Shown here: positions 24,856 to 37,485 of the stretch, one piece after another
Position numbering within the stretch: the first letter of the stretch is position 1
Layout of the letters: each line of letters starts with the position of its first letter
Assembly (NCBI RefSeq): GCF_002113885.1
Contig: NW_018408919.1
Span: 2,400,278 to 2,464,142 of the forward strand
Reading direction: 5' to 3'
From: Mizuhopecten yessoensis
Taxonomy: Eukaryota
Length of the DNA: 63,865 bases
The notes under the pieces: generated by a model
What the model was told of the DNA's origin: nothing
The model's database searches: none
Seen by the model: only the letters and a program-made list of their open reading frames with translations
Made by a program: the position numbers and the translations under genes

Positions 24856-27080
24856 GGAAGGGGAAGAAAAATTAACTTCAACTAGTAAAAGAATGGCGAT
24901 TACCGAACTATGATGACACAATTCTTAATCTACTATCAATCAAAATTATCAATAACACGATACACAATAACAAAATACAGTGATAATGAAAACATGATGG
25001 TGCAATGACTATTACGTCTTATTTGTATTTTAAGCTTATTATAATTTTTAAAAAACAATCTCATCTGTGTAAATGGTGTTTTCCTACATTTAATCAAACG
25101 AGTGATTTATTGATTACATTTAAAGTCACTTTAAAATTAAATTAAATATTCCAAAGAAATTCATCAATCAGTTTTGATTTTATTGAGCCAAACATTTCAT
25201 CAAAATTGACAGGATATCATTTATTTAATATTTATATATTACACGTACTTTATACGCTAGAGACAATGATACCTGATATGCAAATGTATGCTGTGTCATA
25301 ACATTATTATGATAAGCATACTTTTGTGAAACACATTTTATTTGTGCTTCTCACCAATCTTTGTGGGCGTGTTCCAAAATAGTGATTTATTTTATTAGCA
25401 TGTGTTACTACATGCTGATGTAGAAAGGCACCACTGATACACAATTTTCAATTTTGGAGACAATGAGTCACGTGGCTTTGAAACGAGATTGGTATCTCAG
25501 ATTTAACTACAGATACTTGGATATGCTACGCCATCAAGGGTTTCGTTCTCTCATAACTCGTTATCGCTGTATACAAAAACAGAATCTGTTGTTTGAATTT
25601 GTGACAGATGTCCAAAGCAAAGTTAGGTCATAAGCATCACAATACCTGGTAATGTCTTGGCTAAATATTAATATTAGAAACTGTCAAGAAGGATTGATTC
25701 TTTTTATCCATATTTTAATATTTTTTCTGTCGTATTTACATAAGTTTTCATTAAGCATAATGATTTACGCCTTTATTCCGTTTAGATCGCGTCTATTCAA
25801 CCTTGCTCGTTCTAGTTATCAACAGTTCCAAAGACGATAGTTTCCATTTGACGTTTCCGTACTAATTGCGTTATCAATGATAGAACGCTGTGTTGTCTAG
25901 TTATCAGGCTAAGCTGACTCGAAACATTGAAATACCTGTAATGTTAGGATACGATATTATGTAACGCTTAAGCTATGATTTATCACCTAAATATACAATT
26001 CTCACTAAATGCACAGCTAGGTGACAAAAACACTTTACCGTTTGATTCCATATTTACATGCAGAGAAGATAACGACTCGAGTGGCACTCGTCAAGATACC
26101 TCGAGTTAAAATGTCCGGTCTGATACCTCCTGTGGACTTCCCTAGTTCATATAGCCATTACCATATGTTGTTCGGACTTTATTTGAACACCCTTCAGTAT
26201 GCCAATTGTCTTTGATAGTATTGTTTGTGTTTATTTTCACTGAGGAGGTCTGGCGCGACCTACAGACACGTTCTCTGATGTGGATGTTGAAGCCCCGGCT
26301 ACCATACTTAGTAAACTACCCATAGTAAACATACATAGTTAACAACCATAGTTAACAACCGTGCTTCACATACATGTGTAATAATACCTAACTACCTCAC
26401 CCGGTCTTTGTATGACTCAAAAACTCGGACTGTGTGTGATGTTTAATTAGTTTCTACTATTTATATAATTTTAAACTGTTTTGCATTTCTCCCTCTTATG
26501 AAATCAAAACAACCCAACAGAGCAAATAAATTGTGAATAACTTTTGACACTGTATATCCTATAATTTCATAAAAATACATAAGTTTATTTTGCAATTGTA
26601 GATAATTATACAGTATTCAATTTTCAAGTCCTACGTGAATGGGATGGCCATATGGTGCAGTACAAATATTTGCTCTAGTTGGATTTCTGTATCGACTAAA
26701 ATATATGCTTCCTTATTTTGCATTTCTATTGGTTATTTAGTCTATCAGAGAGATCACAGCGGCTGTAAATTAAAATTACTCAACAATATATCCTTTTAGC
26801 AGAGATAAGTATAACCGTATACAAATGAGTTATGTAGATATGCTGGGCCCATCTCACGTTCTAAGTTAAGCATTGTAGTATCTGTATTATAGGAATCCTC
26901 AGCCCTTTATTGTACCTATGATACAGTATATATAACGGAAGACCCTATGACCCCCATTTCGCATGAACAGGTATTTTGTGATGAGACAAGATAGTTATGT
27001 TGGTGTCGTGTTTCTCCAATTTGCTTTTCTACTAGGGTTGGTATGGACAAACGTAAATACTCGGGATGTTTTCATTTATG

Positions 27081-27376
27081 ATTCACCATTTACGCTCGGG
27101 ATAATTACGATAATTGCCCGGTGAATACGTTTATAACGAATCGAGACTTTATCAATATGTATTTTGCATTCCGAGTGTATTACCGGTAATTACATATTCA
27201 ATCAAACAGCGAGTCGAACCCGAGGTCAGAAATTTCATCAGATTGCACTTGCCAGTATTCCTATGATATCGAGTTAATTGCAATATTTCGTGCAATTGAA
27301 GCTGTTTTTCGGCGATTTGAACGAAGCCAACATTCCGTCTCGCGGTGTCACTAACTAGCAAAAGGTATATTAACAA
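27081..27376. mobile_element. Non-autonomous element: terminal hairpin + 19-bp imperfect inverted repeats
   Basis: Hairpin attcacc..cgggataatta/taattgcccggtgaat (27081-27126). IR ttatcaatatgtattttgc (27149-27167) vs gcaaaaggtatattaacaa (27358-27376), 14/19 match. Confidence 0.4.
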
Positions 27377-30300
27377 TGGTCTATATTTATGAATAACGTA
27401 AGTCCTAATTTGAAACAGCAAGACCAGGACTCTTATTTTCATAAAGCTATATCATTCCTACAAGTTTTAAATCAACGCACCACAATATCTAGTCGAATGA
27501 CGGTGAATAAAGCTCATTACGAATATCCATTAAGAAGTTGTTCATGAAAAAGTGAATGTCTATCAAAGTGATTGAGTAAAAATTATTATTTTAAATATTA
27601 ACTTATTTGACTTCTTTAATTAATAAATTTACAACAAATATGCAGTGATAGATGTTGATTTAATATTTTTTAATTATTATTTCCTAAGATATGTTAAGAC
27701 AACATTTCAGCAATGTTTGTGCAAAGCCTTCAAGTTGAACTGCAGCATTGCTAATCTTAGACTAACCTTGTTTTGTGTACATGTGTACGCTTGCCTGCCA
27801 TTTAATGTACTTTTTGTTAATCTTTTTTGTGTGTGTTACAACACACTGCTGCAGACAGACACACGACAATCAGCGTCGCCAAGTATTTAAAACTAAATCT
27901 CGTTAAAGATATCATTTTACCAATTAAATGTACGATTATATTTGCTTTAGCTAACAAAACAAATACGTTTAACAGTCACAAACTTTTAAATGTAATTAAA
28001 ATAGGTTTTAAACCATTCCAAGATGACTTTATATATCTTTTTTTGTTATCGATGAGATTGAAATACGTCACAATCAAGGCAAAGTCATCAGCATAAAGAG
28101 GTTCCCAACCCCCGATATACATTAGACAGTAGGGGACCATATTGTTCCTCCCCTATCCTGTTCCATCGAGATCAAGGGCGGTGGCCTCACTTTCTTTCCC
28201 CACGAATACAAGGCCCACCTATTTGAGCGAGATAGGCGATCTATTCAGTGACCATTTAGAAAGGATTTTCCGAGCGATTAGGCAACACAAGATCTAATAT
28301 TTGTTTGAAGCTTCAGATGCTCACTTTCATTGTTACAGGTGCTTTGACATTAGATGTTAAATGCATCGTACCTGTTAAACTCCGACATCTCTCGGTCACA
28401 TTATTATATAGGAAAAAATCAATTTCCGAGTACAGGCTACAATGCGGTTTGATCTTTATCGAAAACCTATCAGTCTTCGTCAACCATATTGGGTATTATC
28501 CGGCGAGTATATATAATAGTCAGCATGTACACGTTTAAGACAGCGTATAATGGTTTTTATATTGAATCTAGCATCTGTTGTTATATATTAGATCATCATA
28601 TCGGTGTAAAATTCTCTCACATGCCAGAACGAATTAAAGCCTTGTACAGGTTGTTTCAATATCAAGTTTGATAGTTTTGATTACTTTTTCTATATAACCA
28701 CCATCTGTGGTAAATTTGTGGAGTATTTTTACGGTATGAAAACATCCATTCCAGTTTGTAAATGAAATAACCTTGAATTCTTAAATTTTAAATATTGGCA
28801 TGACCACTTAAAGTTATTTTGTTATATTTTGTACATTTTATTCAAAGCATTTTTTTTATGATAACGATCATTGCTCGCTCCCTTTCCTACAGACCACCAA
28901 TGTTTTCCCATAAGCCTGAACGGTTCCGAAGGTGAAAAGGGCACACATATTTATGTAATTAAATCACCACTCACGCCATTCGAGGGGAAATATATCCAAT
29001 ATGAACAGGGACTTAGAGATAAGTATCCAATTTAATCATATCTATTAACTTATTATATTATACTGATCCTGAAATCCTAATGGAGTAAAATGAATGACGT
29101 TTTACGACAACTAGTTCTCATAATTGATACATATTGAATAGATCTATTCAGGACAGATCTATAGGACATTATTGATATAGAAAATTAATATGAACTGTTT
29201 ACTTTTCTGATATAGAGTAAATCTGGTTGGCGACAGCTGAAAAAACGTATTAATATTATTTATTATTCAGGTATGTCTTAATATCGTGAGATATTATAAA
29301 AGTTGAGCAGGTGTCTATTTGGGAGTTTAATGCTATTATTACTTGTTTGTATTTAGGTTTTATCAAATATCTTGTTTGTATTTCTAATATTTCCAAACAC
29401 GCTAACTATGAAATCTATGTCAGATTTTTCATTTGTACAAGTTTGTTCCATTAATATACATAGAAGAACACACTAACAGCTACATGTTATATTCTTAACT
29501 CAAGTACCTAAGAATTCTTAATATTTATGAGCTTAAAAGAACGCAACAAGCTAACAAATATGTATATTAGATATTTCCCACGATAACTTATATGATTATT
29601 TTAAACTAATATGTCCTTACCATTTATCAATTATGTTATGAAAATATCTATACGAATATAAGTTCTTTTTGAGTAAATGTACACTAACATTTCAAGTGTT
29701 CAATGTGTTTATGACTATGGGAATATTTCATCTAGGTTAGATCCAATATTATAGTTGTTAAAAAATAATCAAGCTCAATATTTATGTGTTTTTTTTATAT
29801 TTCCTAAATAATTTAATCGAAAAAAAATATGAATCAATGTCCCAAGACAAATTTACGAATGAAAACTATATCCTTTCACCGTAACATTACTTCAATTGTA
29901 TGTATAAGAGATTTTTGATAATAATTCTAAACAAAGACGATACAATCTGAATAGATCGTTACATTTAATTGTAAATGTTGAGTACCTTCGTTATATCATA
30001 TAGCTCATTGAACTACGGATATGCATTATGTCAATAAACGACACAGGGCTTATCTTTACATTGAACAACTGACGGGTGTATTTTATGAATATAAGATTGT
30101 TTGTCTTCACAAAGTTGGTGTTCTGACGACTATTTAGTGTGTAATATAGTTCATCAATATTGTTAAGTATTATCAAACAACCTTAAAACCATGTTCAACC
30201 ATGGATTTAAAACTATGGTACTAAACCACCTTAGGGAATTTTGTAAAGTTATAATTTAAATGAAGTTACATTAGAAAGTTAGATTATGGATTTAAGTACG

Positions 30301-30599
30301 CCCTGTTATAAGTGCAGTAGCTACCATATTTAAACCGTGTTTATACAATCTGTACGATTTTAAAGGAAGTCAGAGCACTTAAGGTGTTCGCTTCTAGGCG
30401 TTGTGATCAGGGATAATCCGGTAAAAACCTTTGCATGTTCACCAAACATTAATCCTTGTCATTAGCCGTTGACACTTGCAAAAGTCTGCTAATCATTGAC
30501 ACTCCTAGGATAGGAAGTTTTTTGTAAAAAGTTCAAAAATGTCATTTATTTTCACTACACACGGGCAACACCTTAGTTCTAGTAGTTAGTTATGAATTG

Positions 30600-32316
30600 A
30601 ACCTTCCTCCCTGTGTCATGGTCTGACGCCATACTTTGGGTTTTGCACGAGGAATGTTCCGTGTGTGAGTGACGGGTGCCATATAACTCACGAGACAGGG
30701 TTCGTGGTATGCTGGTCTACTACCTGGCTACTGGCACTCTCGATTTCCCTAGGTAAACAGTGAAAGGAATACCTGACCCATCCGAGTAATTATAGAGTGT
30801 ATTTGAACTGGCCTCCAATTAGCAACACTTGAGAAGTCAAGAGTAAACAGTTTGTATTTGATAACATCTCCATCGCTGTCAAGAAAAATAGAGTTAGGCA
30901 CCAAATTATGACCACACATCACACAAATTAGCCATGAAAAGTCGAGTAATGAGTCTCGAATGAATCTCTGTCGGATTTGTAGGGCGAGACATTCTCGTGA
31001 AGAAATGATATATAAAATAATTATCATCTGGTTCAGTAAGTTTGGTTGACACTTCAACAATTTAGAGGTACGAACTGGAAAGCCATTTTTCAGCAATGAC
31101 ATGTGTGAAAGTCATAGTTATTAATCATTAAATCTACAAGTATTTGACCTCTGGTCATTGCGTCAGGGCTTGACCATTACGTACAGACGTCAGTCTGGCA
31201 CGAGGTCTCGTTTAAAATGTGTAATCTCTATTTCTACCTTCATTAAAAAGTAATTTCGATTTTATAGTAAATTCCTGGTAACGATTTTGGTTATAAGGAC
31301 GCTGGGTGATCCAGATGAATTACGTTTTTCCGGTACCAGAGTGACAACGAAGAAACTCATTTCTATATCACCTTAAACCACAAACATTTGACCCTAACAT
31401 TAGTTTATGTATAATTGATACATTTAATTCAATTCGGCGAACCTTTTTGATTATGCAATACTATAAAGCTCATTGCTACATCAAAACAGACTCGACAGAA
31501 AGACTGTTTTATGTAAGTTACGAGTACTAAACGTCGGAATGTTCCGTAAAGTCCCTCTGTTTTATTTCTTTTGCAGGGTAACAATACCTGAGCATGTAGC
31601 CTGAAACCAGAACACTCGTTCACATTAAGGGGACATAGTCGCCGGTACAGCGATAGGCATCCATCAAGTACCACCCATCCTGATCTACTCATTTCAGGGT
31701 TTGTCAACTTGCACTTCTGCTCAAACAAAATGTGTTTATTCGACATCCATTTTTTTATAATGGAGCTTTTACTCAAATAGAAACATGTGGATCATGCTTG
31801 CTCTTTGTACGACATTCTAAACTCTTAGATGTCCGGTGTTTTCAGAAAGGTACAACACGGTTCATAATTGGACAAAATGCAAGAGGACCTAACTTGACAG
31901 AGGGTTGAGATGCTCAGATTGAAGTATTGCCGAATTGAATAACAGCCACGTACAATGATTCACCGGGATAGGCATCTATCTACTCCCCGTAAATAAGCGG
32001 GTTGGGGGGAGAGAGAGAGTGGGCTGGATTACTCCATTTTCCAAGACATTTATGTGATGTAGTGAATAGGGATATAAATGAGAAATGCCTTGATCGGGTG
32101 GACAGAATGGATAAAGCACCCTGGTAATTCAGACACATTGTCTTCCACACCGAGAGGCAGGTGGAGATTTATGAGACTCCGCTTCAAATTTCCAGCCCAT
32201 TCTTTTCTTCGTTTAATAGAAATTGGATTTTTCGGCCATCTAAACATGGGATTGTTTACCTACGGGTCACGATGAACGCGACCGGACCTTAAGTAAATCG
32301 GACAAAATGAAGCCAT
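30600..32316 (-). pseudogene. Decayed DNA-transposon coding remnant (THAP-like N-terminus; possible CxC/KDZ-type Cys clusters)
   Basis: MASFCPIY...*...MFRWPKNPISIKRRKEWAGNLKR is in one frame from ATG 32316. Downstream same-strand fragments are LYRRLCP..EC and LLDF..ICVMCGH..P.SIFLDSDG. Many stops. Confidence 0.35.
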
Positions 32317-34186
32317 TATAAGCGTGTTTTCTTTAAACATTCTGACACCTCGCACATGTGGGGTGGTGGGTTTTACATCATAGGGGGTTGCTTGCAACAG
32401 ATATGATCCCCCTGTGCATGATAATCACCCATATTCAGATCTTCTGACCCATTCGGTATCAGGTGACAGGGAGAGACATCAACTCAACATGAATCACAAT
32501 ATTTTGACAAGTTTAAGCTGCTTACTTTTAATTTGTTCATTTTTGTGCAAATCGTTAAAACATTCTGTAAATTCATTGGAAATAGTTTGCAAACTGTTTC
32601 AATGGTTAAACCTGTTGATATTTTCTCAAACAATTTTTTTTTTGCTCGAACACGACTTTAAATTAATAGGTATTTGAAATTCCATTATCATTATTCATTA
32701 ACAATATAAAATTAATTACATATGATTCATAATTAAGCGTTCAAAATAGTCTTTTTAGTACATCTACTCGACAAAAAAGGAAGCGTTTTGACAAAGAGAA
32801 TATAAATAGAAGCATCAAGAAAGAAGAAGTTATTTAAACTATTTTAAATAAATATATTTAAAGTATATTTTAATGTCTACAGTTCGGCATTTAATACATG
32901 TACTTAAGTATATTTATATTAAGGAAAACTTGTTAAAGAAGAAAACAAAATCTTCGTTTCCATTGACATTCACGACAATGAAAATTAAAATCGTATTCGA
33001 AACATGGATGTGATTTTAATAATTCATTATCCATAATTCATATATCAACTGTATATATGTATAAATATGATCAATCATCAATCATTTTTGCTATAAAATA
33101 TTTCTTACAAATGATATGGCATATTCGTCACGGTATATGGAAACGAACACAACTTCATATCAGTTTTTATACACTTCAGGTATTGAAACTGTTATACCTG
33201 AACGAAATGGACATGAATCGAATATTATTACATAGGTACATCTTGATGCTCAACAAGTAACAATACGTGTTTACCTGTACCGGTAGAGTGACATGCTTTT
33301 TAATAAGCTATTGGATGAGCTTCATCAAGAGTACACGTTAAATGTATCATAAATTGGTTTAACTCATCTATTACGATTGTTTACGGGTATGGCTACATTC
33401 TCGGTAGATGAGTAGGACACGATACGATCTCTAGCTGACCCTGGAGGGACGACATAAAAGCCTACACATTTAACCTATCCCTGTAAAATGCTGTGACCAG
33501 AAATTTTAAATCAAGATAGAAGTTAAAATGAGAAAAATTCTCGTAAGTATTCAATTAAAGTCCTCATCACCTATCTAGGGGATAGCACTGACAAGGTTTT
33601 AAAACTGGGCCTTATATAGTATTAGTAAGTATCGATATTTCACGATACAACTATTTGTAAAGGTACTGAGTGGGTTTTTCACGTTTTGATTTTAGTAGAC
33701 AAAATAGTTTCTTAAATAGACTTCCAAGTTTTCTTAATGAATCATAGGTGGTATATCTCTCTGTTTGAAGCTTTTCCTTAATTCACTTATTCAAGAACAA
33801 TGTATGATTAAGGAAGTGAATATCAGTTAACGTTTGTTTTGTTCATGTGAAGTTGTTAGGGTTTGAACTTTTCACCTGTCAGAGATGAAAACAAGCTAAT
33901 ATATTCTTCTTCAGGAATATACACGTCTTAATGAAACTATAAAATGAACCATTTGGTTTTGTGTTTATTATTGCACAGAAGTGTTTTGTTCGATAGTGTA
34001 TCTAATGTAGAAGACGATAGGACAATTCAACGGTAAAAATTTACAAACGAGAGGTCGTCAACACAGTTGCATGTTTTCGTCTGTTTGTTTGTTTGTTTGT
34101 GTAGGGTGTCTTTGCATGCCATTTTATGTTGATAGTTACATAATAGGGTGGAATTCATTATTACATGTGCATGTGTGTAGAGTATG

Positions 34187-34301
34187 ACAGTATTACAGTA
34201 TTACAGAGTTACAGTATTACAGAGTTACAGTATTACAGAGTTACAGTATTGCAGTATTACAGTATTACAGAGTTACAGTATTACAGTATTACAGAGTTAC
34301 A
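34187..34301. repeat. 8-bp tandem repeat of two variants (cagtatta / cagagtta)
   Basis: Read directly; ~14 units. Confidence 0.95.
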
Positions 34302-34724
34302 TCCTGTATTAGATATCTGACATTATAGCATAGATTTTAGATATGTGAATTTTTTAACAAATGGGAAGATACTAACAAAGATTATTGGCATGCCATATAT
34401 AAGTTTTTATGTCAAAAGATAAGAGTAGAGGATTTAGTAATTGTCCAATATTGGTTGACATGATTACGATGTGATAATATCATTATCGTTTTATGATAGC
34501 ACCATTTGTATCTTTCACGTATTTCACTAAAAGGATTGTTCCCCCATGGACGGGCCTGACAGGTCACATAAATTAGTGTTGATCCTTAGTTTGGTGACAT
34601 GATACCTGACCGGGGTTATTACATGGAGAGGCTTAAGGCTGTAATACCTATGTAGAACAATTTATCACGTGCTTGATAACAGGTAAGATAACGAACCTAA
34701 ACAACTAAAATAACAATAACTTAC

Positions 34725-37391
34725 CTGGATAGATCCTGCGGGTATCTCCGGATATAGGTGATTCTCGTGAGCGCTGGACCGACCCCCGGGCATGGTTGTC
34801 ATGGCTCTGTCATCGATACTGAAGCTGACCTTCTTCCTCGTTTCCTGTCTCCCTAGAGGTCCATCCGAATTATCCTTAGTTTCGGAATACCTCTGTTTTA
34901 TCCTATCAGCTCGTTTGATAAGACAAATGGTCAGAATGATGACAATGGCGATGACAGCCGTCACACAGGAAATGGCAACAGCGATAAGGAAATACTGACG
35001 ATTCACTTCCGGTGGTGTGACGTCACCTCCAATCTTCTGAGTAGTGACCACTATGGACATGGCAATCTCGTTTATCCTAGGAGGGGTTCCCTTATCCTGG
35101 GCAATGATTCCGAATGTATATTTCTTCGCATCCGCCACAGTTAACGCTTTATCCAGTACAATACGCCCAGAGAGATTATTCAACTTGAAAATATGAGAAA
35201 AGTTCTTGTCCTTCATGAAATACGTCACTCTAGAGTTCATACCTTCGTCGATATCCCTAGTTTCGACAGTGGACACAATGGTATTGACCGGTGTCTGGTA
35301 GGAGATGACCACAGTATTATTGTGGGCGTTCGGAAAGACAAATTCGGGGTTATTGTCATTAACGTCCAATACGAACACCGTCACGTGCGCGGAGTTTCGG
35401 AGAGATGGGTTCCCCATGTCCTCGGCAATAACGGTGAAATCGTACCTTGCCTTTGCCTCCCTATCTATGACCTGAGTGGCTAAGATGCTGCCATTGGGCA
35501 TGATGGCGAAGGGAATCCCTGCATGGTAGTTAGGATGGATAGAGTAGGTGATCTGACTATTGTTCCCGTCATCTTTATCATTCGCCACTAGTACACCAAT
35601 ATTGATGTTCACGTGGTTATTTTCCTCCAAATTGTACTCAAATGTATCCTCCATGAATTCAGGTTTGTTGTCGTTGACGTCCGTTACAATCATCCTCACC
35701 TGGGCACTTCCGGTCAAACTGGGCGAGCCTTTATCGGCAGCAAACACAGAGAAAGAAATCTGACTAACAGTTTCTCGATCCAAAACAGAATTAACAGTTA
35801 TCACTCCAGATGTTTCACTTATTCTGAAATATTTCTGTCCTTCCGAATCCAATGAGAACATGACTTCTGCGTTTTTGCCGTTGTCGAAGTCATTGGCAGC
35901 GACCTGCATGACACTAGAGGTGAGTGATTTATTTTCTTGGACGCTGACGAAGTACTGTTGTTGCGTGAACTTCGGGGTGTTGTCATTGATGTCCATCACG
36001 TGCACAACAAACATGGCGGAGGCATTGAGTTGTGGGGTACCGATATCATGACAGTGAACCGTCACCTCGTATCTGTCTTTAATCTCGCGGTTCAGAGCCT
36101 GGGACAACACAACCTTGTACTCGTGAACCGCGAACCTTTGCAACGTGAACTTGTCACTGTTCACAACTGAGCAGTTTACGATGCCGTTCTTACCTGTATC
36201 GGGATCAAAGATAGTGATGTGAGCAACAGCAGTGTCCAATATCGCATTTTCCAGAATCTCTGAATCTTCCGTGTTAGAGAGGGGGTCTATACTGATCTCT
36301 GGCGGGTTGTTATGTACGTCTAGAACATGTATGAATACTTTAGACTGTGAAATCAAAGGCTGTAAGGCGTTGTCTGAGGCTTCCACGATGATGGTGTAAC
36401 TCTTGCCTGGCTCGTAGATGAGGGACCCTACGATGATGACGTCACCCGAGGACTCGTCAATAGTGAAGAGGGTAGGGATCTTCTCGGCCTGGTTAGGACT
36501 GAGCTTGTACGTTACCCGTCCGTTTTCACCCTGGTCAGGATCATCAGCGAACACGGTTGTGATCGTCGTGTTTACAGCAACGTCTTCATTGACAGTGACG
36601 TTGTACATTTGGGTATTGAATCTGGGGCGATTATCATTGATATCCAAAACATTAATTATAACCTCCAGAACCCCGGTTTTAGGGGGTTCCCCTCCGTCCC
36701 GGGCGATTACGTTCACCTTATACGAACTAGTGGTTTCTCTGTCCAGTTGCCCGTCCAAGACGATTCGGACACTGTAGGTGCCGTCTACAAATTCCTGGTA
36801 CCCCACAGTAAAGGGGGACGATGGGGGTTCTAGTATGTAGTACTGGATCGAAAAATTACCTGTGTCAGCGTCCTTAGCCGCCTCGATGGGGATGTAAAAC
36901 CCCGTTAGGGACCCCTCCGAAATATCACGAGTTATAGATGGCACAGAAAAGGATGGAGAATTATCGTTAATATCCAGAAGAGTTATAGAAACTTTGATTT
37001 TCTTGTAAAGACTTCCGGATGTGGATCTCGCGATCACCTCTAATTCCAAAACACATTCATCCTTATACTCACAAAGATTTTCCCTGTCTAGCTGCTGGGC
37101 GGTATAGAGAGAGCTCTGTCTCTCATTGATGTGGAACAAAGATACTAAAGAGTTTTCTTCGTTGTTGTTACTTTGGGTAAGAAAACTGTATTTCATGGAG
37201 TTGAGGTCGGCGGGATTAGTCGCCTCTGAAGCAAGGTCAGCATCAGCAGCAACATTTCCTAGGTAGAAGTTAGCTTGTTCCTCTTCTGCGAGAAAATACG
37301 CCACATCCTTCGCCCCTACCCCCGGGACCATGCACGTGCACAAGACACATATCAAAAATAAATCCAAACTCAGAAATTGTACCACATCCAT
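34725..37391 (-). CDS. Pcdh: Protocadherin (7 EC repeats, delta1-like), large coding exon: signal peptide, EC1-EC7, TM, proximal cytoplasmic tail (889 codons)
   Basis: 908-aa ORF with hydrophobic N-terminus. EC1 has DRENLC-x5-C. Six linker motifs (DINDNSP, DINDNRP, DVHNNPP, DINDNTP, DVNDNKP, DVNDNNP) plus AxDxGxP motifs give 7 EC domains. TM is YFLIAVAISCVTAVIAIVIILTICLI. Phase-0 donor CAG|gtaagt at 34725/34724. The symbol is family-level only; no orthologue is assigned. Confidence 0.96.
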
Positions 37392-37485
37392 TTTAAAGTC
37401 TGCTCTAGTGTAAAATATCCACGAAATGTTGTCACCAAGTTCAACACACCATGTCCGCCTATGTCATCTGGAGGAGGTTCAGTCT
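37392..37485 (-). other. 5' UTR part of the large protocadherin exon and its splice acceptor
   Basis: Minus strand ttttgctgtatttacag| (AG at 37485-37484) lies 92 nt upstream of the ATG, implying an upstream non-coding exon that I could not locate. Confidence 0.65.

Noticed and set aside
34665-34724. ORF extension VSYCYFSCLGSLSYLLSST* as the true C-terminus
   Set aside because: It begins at a consensus gtaagt donor and phase-matched downstream exons exist. It could only be an intron-retention isoform.
34792-36833. Several + strand ORFs (67-119 aa) overlapping the protocadherin exon
   Set aside because: Antisense shadows of a GC-richer coding exon; no independent motifs.
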